From an uncultured Actinomycetota bacterium (GTDB lineage Bacteria; Actinomycetota; Thermoleophilia; Solirubrobacterales; Solirubrobacteraceae), in assembly GCA_963721515.1 (NCBI GenBank), contig CAVRKJ010000010.1, forward strand, positions 606,672 to 670,671: a stretch of DNA of 64,000 bases, in the 5' to 3' direction. Below, piece after piece: positions 58,749 to 64,000 of the stretch. The notes under the pieces are model-generated. The model did no database searches and was not told the DNA's origin. It was given only the letters and a program-made list of their open reading frames with translations. Made by a program: the position numbers and the translations under genes. Each line of letters begins with the position of its first letter. Positions within the stretch are counted from its first letter, which is position 1.

Positions 58749-61280
58749 CTAGGACCTCACTCGCGCGTTGTCGGGGTCGAACACCGGGGTCGAGTCGTTG
58801 GTGACGACCGTGACCGGATAGAGCTCGCCCATGTACTGCACCTGGAGCTCGGCGCCGACGACGGCGTGCTCGGGCGGCAGGTAGGACATGAGGATGTGCT
58901 TGCCGATCGAGGGGCCGGCACCCGCGCTGGTCACATAGGAGCGCCGGCCGTGGGCGTCGGTGATCGGCTCGCCGTCGGAGGTGAGGATCGGCTCGCCGCC
59001 CAGCATGTAGCGCTTGACCCCTGACTTGGACGTGTGGTCGTCCACGGTCAGCGTGCACATGGCCACGGCCTGCGGCTCCTCGCGGTGACGCACGTGCGCC
59101 CCCTTGCCGATGAAGTCCTGGTCCTTGACCTTGCCCCACGCCATTCCGGCCTCGACGACGTTGTACTCGCCCTCCAGTTCGGCGCCGTAGGCCCGGTAGC
59201 ACTTCTCCAGGCGGCCGGTGGTCCCGTAGACGCCGGCGCCCACCGGAACGGCGCCGTGGGGCAGGCCGGCCTCGGCGATGATGTCCCACAGCCGGGCGCC
59301 CTGCTCGATCGGGACATACAGCTCCCACCCGAGATCGCCGACGTAGGAGATCCGGCTGGCGATCACGGTCAGGGGGCCGACCTCGATCTGGCGCCAGTTG
59401 GCGAACGGGAAGCCCTCGTTGGAGACGTCGTCGGAGGTGACGCTCTCGAGGATGTCGCGGGCCCTCGGGCCCCACATCCCCAGCGTCGTCCATGAGTTCG
59501 TCTGATCGTGGATCTGCACCGATCCGTCCTGCGGCAGGTGGTCCTTGAACCACTTGAGGTCGCTCATCCCCCACGCGCCGCCGGTGACGACGCGGAACAC
59601 GTCGTCGGCCATGCGCATGATCGTCAGGTCCGCCTTGAACCCGCCGCCAGGGGTGAGGATCGGCGTGTAGACGGTGCGCCCGATCGCCACGTCCATCTGG
59701 CGCATGGCGATGCGCTGGACGGCGTCGAGCGCTCCGGGGCCCGTGACGTCGAAGAGCGCGAACGCCGTCAGGTCCGTGTAGCCGGCCCGCTCGCGCATCG
59801 CCAGATGCTCGGCGTTGATGAGCGGGCTCCACCAGCGCGCCTCCCACTCGGCCTCGCGGCGGGTCACGCGCTCGCCGAACTCCTCCAGCAGTGGAGCGTT
59901 GGACTCATACCACTGGGGGCGCTCCCAGCCGGCCGCCTCGTAGAACACCGCCTGGAGCTCCTGTTCGCGCTCATAGTAGGGCGAGACCTTGACGCGCCGG
60001 TCTGACTCCCACTGCTCGGCGGGGTGGACGATGCCGTACATCTTGTTGAAGCCCTCGTTGACCCGCGCCCGGATGTGGGCCTTGGTCTTCTGGTGAGGGT
60101 AGGCGCGGGCGATGTTGGACTCGTAGACGTCGATCTCGGACTCGCCGTGGACCATCAGCTCCGCCACGGTCTTGCCCGAGCCCGGGCCCTCCTTGATCCA
60201 GATCGCCGCCGCGCTCCACAGCCCCGCGACCTCGGGGGTCTCGCCGAGCAGCGGCAGGCCGTCGTGGGTCACTGACAGCAGCCCGTTGATGGCGTAGCGC
60301 ACGCCGACGGATTCGTCGCCGACGATCTCGGGCATCAGCTCGAGCGCCTGCTCCATCTGCAGGTCGAAGTCGGCCTGGGTGAACGGGAGCTCGGTGGGGC
60401 TGAGCGCCGACTCCTCGATGGACGGGATCTCATCGGCGTCGATCATGATCGGGCGGTGGGCGTAGGAGCCGATCTCCAGGCCGCCGCCGTCCTGGCGCTC
60501 GTACATGTTGGTGTCCATGTCGCGCACGATCGGATAGTCCACGAGCGTCTTGGCGTCCTGGAAAAGCTCCACCGGGCCGATGTCGATCATCTGGTGCACG
60601 GCCGGGCTGAGCGGGATCCGCGCGCCTGCCATCGCGGCGATCCGCGGGCTCCAGCAGCCGCAGGCGATCACCACACGGTCGGCCTCAATGTCACCGCGAT
60701 CGGTGCGCACGCGGCGGATGCGTCCGTGCTCGACGTCGAGCCCGAGCACCTCGGTGTTGGCGGCCACCGTCATGCCGGCGTCGACGGCGCGCTCGCGCAT
60801 GATGGTCGCCGCGCGCAGCGAGTCCACCACGCCCGCGCCCGGGGTGTAGAAGCCGCCGAGCAGCAGCTCCTCGTTGATGAACGGCACGAGCTCCTTGATC
60901 TCGGCGGGGGTCAGCAGCGAGGTGGGCTCGATCCCCCACGTCTTGGCGGAGACCATCCGCCGGTCGAGCTCCTGCATCCGCGCCTCGGTGCGCGCGACCT
61001 CGATCCCGCCGCACTCGAGGTAGACGTCGAGCTCCTTGTACTGGCGCATGCTCTCCTTGGTCAGCGCCGTCATCTCCTTGGAATGGTCGACAGGGAAGAT
61101 GAAGTTGGAGGCGTGCCCGGTGGAGCCGCCGGGGTTGGGCAGCGGTCCCTTGTCCAGCAGGGTGATCTCGGTCTCGCCCAGCCGCGAGAGGTGGTAGGCG
61201 ACGCTGTTGCCCACGATCCCGGCGCCGATGATCACGATGCGCTGGTGGGCGGGCAGCGGCCTCGATTCCGAAGTGGCCAT
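58749..61280 (-). CDS. Dimethylglycine/sarcosine dehydrogenase-type enzyme (FAD DAO domain + GcvT folate-binding domain)
   Basis: 843 aa. 'IVIIGAGIVGNSVAYHL' dinucleotide fold, 'STGHASNF' flavinylation-type segment, and a C-terminal aminomethyltransferase (GcvT) fold. Confidence 0.85.
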   Translation of the reverse strand: MATSESRPLPAHQRIVIIGAGIVGNSVAYHLSRLGETEITLLDKGPLPNPGGSTGHASNFIFPVDHSKEMTALTKESMRQYKELDVYLECGGIEVARTEARMQELDRRMVSAKTWGIEPTSLLTPAEIKELVPFINEELLLGGFYTPGAGVVDSLRAATIMRERAVDAGMTVAANTEVLGLDVEHGRIRRVRTDRGDIEADRVVIACGCWSPRIAAMAGARIPLSPAVHQMIDIGPVELFQDAKTLVDYPIVRDMDTNMYERQDGGGLEIGSYAHRPIMIDADEIPSIEESALSPTELPFTQADFDLQMEQALELMPEIVGDESVGVRYAINGLLSVTHDGLPLLGETPEVAGLWSAAAIWIKEGPGSGKTVAELMVHGESEIDVYESNIARAYPHQKTKAHIRARVNEGFNKMYGIVHPAEQWESDRRVKVSPYYEREQELQAVFYEAAGWERPQWYESNAPLLEEFGERVTRREAEWEARWWSPLINAEHLAMRERAGYTDLTAFALFDVTGPGALDAVQRIAMRQMDVAIGRTVYTPILTPGGGFKADLTIMRMADDVFRVVTGGAWGMSDLKWFKDHLPQDGSVQIHDQTNSWTTLGMWGPRARDILESVTSDDVSNEGFPFANWRQIEVGPLTVIASRISYVGDLGWELYVPIEQGARLWDIIAEAGLPHGAVPVGAGVYGTTGRLEKCYRAYGAELEGEYNVVEAGMAWGKVKDQDFIGKGAHVRHREEPQAVAMCTLTVDDHTSKSGVKRYMLGGEPILTSDGEPITDAHGRRSYVTSAGAGPSIGKHILMSYLPPEHAVVGAELQVQYMGELYPVTVVTNDSTPVFDPDNARVRS

Positions 61281-61284
61281 ACGG

Positions 61285-61296
61285 CTGATATATCAG
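61285..61296. promoter_or_regulatory. Perfect AT-rich palindrome CTGATATATCAG, 4 nt upstream of the DMG-dehydrogenase start codon
   Basis: 12/12 self-complementary. It is related to the sites at 40039-40052 and 44526-44537. Confidence 0.5.
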
Positions 61297-61504
61297 ATGC
61301 AGGTCAGCGGCGTCAACGCGACCGCCCACCTTCTCGCGGCGCCGCCGGCGGCGTGCCACCCCCCGCAGCAACTCCATGGCCTCTGAGGGGTTTAGGACTC
61401 GACGTTAGGGTGATATTAGGTTCAGGGGTAGGGCGGGCAAACACGCGTGGCTCCCCTGGCCGGTGCGCATCAGCGCGTCCCAGCAACACAACAGGAGATT
61501 TTTC

Positions 61505-62188
61505 ATGATTGCTACTCACCGACGACTGGCGAGCATCGCGGCGGTGGCGTGCTGCGCGGTGCCGGCCGGCGGCGCGCTGGCCTCGCAGGCCTCGGCGGCG
61601 ACACTGGTCGCCGACCAGGCGTGCTACGTCAACGGCGGCCCGGGCAGCCCCGCGGCGATGACCATCACCGGGGCTGGCTGGGTGCCGGGCACCACGGTCC
61701 AGCTCAACGGCGGGACGACGTTTGCCAACGCCACCGCCGACGCCGCGGGCAATGTGAGCTTCAGCACCGCCGCTCCCGAGCTGTCGGGGATCGCGCCCGG
61801 CGCCAAGTCGACCAAGCTGACCGCCACCGCGACCAACCCAGACGGCAGCATGCTCTCGGGATCCGTCACCGTGTTGTCGGCCAACCTGGCCGTCGCCACC
61901 AGCCCGAGCAGCGTGCGCAACGTCCGCAAGCAGAAGGTCACGTTCTCCTTCTCGGGCTTCATCCCGGGCAAGCACATCTACGGCTACTACCTCCTCAAGA
62001 AGGTCGTGGCCAAGGTGACGTTCGGCAGGGCGCAGGGGCCGTGCGGCGTGCTGAAGCAGAAGGCGCTGCTGTACCCCGGCGGGCGCCCGAGCAAGGACAA
62101 ATACAAGGTCACCTTCGAGAGCTCGAGCCGCTACGACAAGAGTGCCTTCCCACGCGTCACGGGGACGCTGAACATCCTGCACTTCTAG
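61505..62188 (+). CDS. Secreted hypothetical protein (227 aa)
   Basis: SD ACAGGAG precedes ATG 61505. Signal peptide 'MIATHRRLASIAAVACCAVPAGGALASQASA'. The mature part is beta-rich ('MTITGAGWVPGTTVQLNGG'), with no recognised domain. Confidence 0.65.
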   Translation: MIATHRRLASIAAVACCAVPAGGALASQASAATLVADQACYVNGGPGSPAAMTITGAGWVPGTTVQLNGGTTFANATADAAGNVSFSTAAPELSGIAPGAKSTKLTATATNPDGSMLSGSVTVLSANLAVATSPSSVRNVRKQKVTFSFSGFIPGKHIYGYYLLKKVVAKVTFGRAQGPCGVLKQKALLYPGGRPSKDKYKVTFESSSRYDKSAFPRVTGTLNILHF

Positions 62189-62202
62189 GAGGTTCGCGCC
62201 AC

Positions 62203-62240
62203 GGTCCGGCCGCTCGGCGTCAGGCGCCGGCGGCCGGGCC
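62203..62240. terminator. GC-rich hairpin between convergent genes (candidate bidirectional terminator)
   Basis: GGTCCGGCCGC (62203-13) pairs with GCGGCCGGGCC (62230-40), 10/11 complementary, with a 16-nt loop. Confidence 0.45.
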
Positions 62241-62255
62241 GCGCACCGGTGTGGC

Positions 62256-63443
62256 TCAGGCGGGCTGGCGCTCCAGGTGCCCGCGCCGTCGCACGGCGGA
62301 GAACCCGGCGAGCGCCATCGCCGCAGAGCCGACGACGAACGGAGCACTGAATCCGGCCGACGCCACCGCGGCGCCGCCGAGCGCCGCCCCGGCGGCCAGG
62401 CCGCCGATCAGCGCCGACGACACCCAGGTAAACGCCTCGGTCTCAACCCCGGCGGGCACCGCCCGGCCCACGAGCGCGTACTGGCACGAGAACACGGGCG
62501 CGAGCGTCAGCCCCGCCACCAGCGCTCCCACGATGCCCTCGGGGATGGTGCGGGCGAGAATGAGCGGCGCGGTGCATACCACGCCGCTGAGCAACAGGAG
62601 CGGGTAGCGGCGGCCCAACGGAGCCCGCCAGGTGCGCGCCCCGTACCACAGGCCCCCGGTCACGCTGCCCAGGCTCCACACCGCCAGCAGGACGCCCGTG
62701 GCCGGCCGCGAGCCGGCGTGCAGCGCCAGCGCCGGCAAGCCGATACTGATCGCCCCGATCGCCAGGCCGTTGAGGAAGATCGGCGCCAGCATGGCCCGCA
62801 GCTCCGCGATGGCCAAGACCTGCGGCCGGCGGCCGTGCATCGCTCGGACTCCATGACCCCGCGCTCCGGGCGAGGTCACGAACAGGGTCGTGCCGGCGAT
62901 GCACACCGACGCGCTGATCAGCACCGCAACCGTGGGCGACGCGACGGCGATCACGGCGCCGACCACGAGCGGGCCGGCGATCCAGATGACCTCCTGGATG
63001 ACGGACTCCAGCGCGTACGCGGTCTCGCGCACCTCGGGATCGGGCAGCAGGTCGCGCAGCAGCGCCCTCACCGCCGGGGCGATGGGCGGCATCAGGGACC
63101 CGGCGATCGCCGATAGGGCGATGAGCGCGCCGGCGCCGGCGCCGGCATGGGCGGCGATGAGCAGCCCGCACAGCGCCACACATTGGGCCACGGCGACCGG
63201 GGGGAGCACGCGCCGGCGCCCGAACCGATCCACCAGCCGTCCCAGCACCGGGGCGCCGCCGGCGGTGGCGAAGTCATAAGCCCCGACGGCGACGCCGGCC
63301 GCGGCGTAGGACTGGGTGTGCGCGCGGACCAGCAGCAGGATGGCCAGCGACGTCATGCCCTGCGGTAGCCGCCCGATCAGCGCCGTGCCGAACACCCGCG
63401 CGCAGCCGGGGACGGCGAGAACGGAGCGGTAACGGTCGACCAT
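62256..63443 (-). CDS. MFS transporter
   Basis: 395 aa with 12 hydrophobic segments and the loop motif 'GRLVDRFGRRR'. Confidence 0.8.
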   Translation of the reverse strand: MVDRYRSVLAVPGCARVFGTALIGRLPQGMTSLAILLLVRAHTQSYAAAGVAVGAYDFATAGGAPVLGRLVDRFGRRRVLPPVAVAQCVALCGLLIAAHAGAGAGALIALSAIAGSLMPPIAPAVRALLRDLLPDPEVRETAYALESVIQEVIWIAGPLVVGAVIAVASPTVAVLISASVCIAGTTLFVTSPGARGHGVRAMHGRRPQVLAIAELRAMLAPIFLNGLAIGAISIGLPALALHAGSRPATGVLLAVWSLGSVTGGLWYGARTWRAPLGRRYPLLLLSGVVCTAPLILARTIPEGIVGALVAGLTLAPVFSCQYALVGRAVPAGVETEAFTWVSSALIGGLAAGAALGGAAVASAGFSAPFVVGSAAMALAGFSAVRRRGHLERQPA

Positions 63444-63514
63444 GGGTCGAGCCTACATCGGCCCGGGCCTCTGCTTGAATCGCCCCACCTTGAGTTCAGA
63501 GAAAGCGAGATCCG

Positions 63515-64000
63515 ATGCCGTCCCGTGACAAGCCGCCGTTCCGCGCCGACCACGTCGGCAGCCTCCTGCGCCCGCCGGATCTGGCGCGGGCGCGGGCCGA
63601 CTTCAGGGCGGGCCGGATCGCGGGCGAGGCGCTGCGCGCCGCCGAGGACGAGGCGATCCGCGGCGTGATCGAGCTCCAGCGCTCGGCCGGCCTGCGCACG
63701 GTCACCGACGGCGAGTTCCGGCGGACCTCCTGGCACATGGACTTCATCTACTCGCTGGACGGGATCAAGCAGGTCGAGGGCTCGTCGATCCACGTCCAGT
63801 TCCGCAGCGCCGAAGGGGAATACGACTACGCCCCGCCCGCCATGCGGGTGAGCGGACGGGTCGGCCTGTCGGACACGATCTTCGCCGAGGCGTTCGCGTT
63901 CCTGCGCGACAACGCGTCCGCCCAGCAGACCCCGAAGCTGACCGTGCCCTCGCCGAGCATGGTCCATTACCGCGGCGGCAACTCCTCGATCGACGAGTCC
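63515..64000 (+). CDS. Cobalamin-independent methionine synthase (MetE C-terminal-domain) family protein, 3'-truncated at window edge
   Basis: Not in the supplied ORF track because it has no stop in the window. My translation from ATG 63515 gives 'MPSRDKPPFRADHVGSLLRPPDLARARADF...VTDGEFRRTSWHMDF', the typical N-terminus of the short MetE-like family. Confidence 0.75.
   Translation, partial: MPSRDKPPFRADHVGSLLRPPDLARARADFRAGRIAGEALRAAEDEAIRGVIELQRSAGLRTVTDGEFRRTSWHMDFIYSLDGIKQVEGSSIHVQFRSAEGEYDYAPPAMRVSGRVGLSDTIFAEAFAFLRDNASAQQTPKLTVPSPSMVHYRGGNSSIDES

Noticed and set aside
61405-61410. A telomere-like TTAGGG hexamer.
   Set aside because: It is a single exact copy inside a bacterial intergenic region. 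It is treated only as part of the TTAGG direct-repeat observation.

Overview
The window is 64 kb of very GC-rich DNA (about 70% or more by eye, not computed). It is gene-dense and looks like actinobacterial-type chromosome: many GTG starts, 4-nt start/stop overlaps, an MMPL transporter, an EtfD-type oxidoreductase and a DUF3039-like gene next to an SNF2 helicase. I call 56 protein-coding genes. I recognised no rRNA, tRNA, CRISPR array, transposase, integrase or phage genes.

Gene content, left to right:
- A 5'-truncated M20 amidohydrolase and a 4-gene peptide/nickel-type ABC importer.
- An MFS transporter and a LysR regulator, followed by an operon of class-III-like Zn-ADH, Fae-like protein, enolase-superfamily enzyme, HIBADH-like reductase and ABM monooxygenase.
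- An MMPL transporter with a NarL-type two-component system.
- A hut cluster (hutU-hutI-hutF) surrounded by three divergent aromatic-amino-acid-lyase (HAL/PAL family) paralogs and an ornithine-cyclodeaminase-family gene.
- A small His-rich secreted protein and a second NarL-type two-component system.
- A DHA2-type MFS, a HARP-like SNF2 helicase with a small Zn-ribbon gene, and a DrrAB-like ABC-2 exporter.
- A cNMP/CBS/nucleotidyltransferase protein.
- A roughly 21-kb choline/betaine-type catabolic island.
- A secreted hypothetical protein, an MFS transporter and a 3'-truncated MetE-family gene.

The 21-kb island contains:
- An APC permease, an aldehyde dehydrogenase and GMC choline dehydrogenase.
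- A GntR regulator and a Thr/Ser dehydratase.
- A Moco oxidoreductase / FNR-like reductase / Zn-ribbon trio.
- A non-pyrrolysine MttB-family methyltransferase.
- An IclR regulator, corrinoid protein, MetV, MetF, methyl-THF:corrinoid methyltransferase, RACE-type activase and DUF1638 protein.
- An EtfD-like oxidoreductase, EtfA, EtfB and a DMG-dehydrogenase-type enzyme.

Most notable observations:
1. A corrinoid-dependent MttB-type demethylation module sits beside an ETF/quinone-linked dimethylglycine dehydrogenase branch.
2. None of the three HAL-family paralogs carries the canonical Ala-Ser-Gly MIO triad. One is coupled to hutUIF and one to an OCD-family gene.
3. A formaldehyde-activating-enzyme (Fae) homolog is translationally coupled to a class-III-like alcohol dehydrogenase.
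4. An AT-rich palindrome (CTGATATATCAG and variants) recurs upstream of three operons of the betaine island.
5. Two tandem 'CTGAAACC + hairpin' units, with a compensatory base-pair change, lie in the largest non-coding gap.

All functional calls rest on recognisable motifs and family resemblance read by eye. No database search was run.
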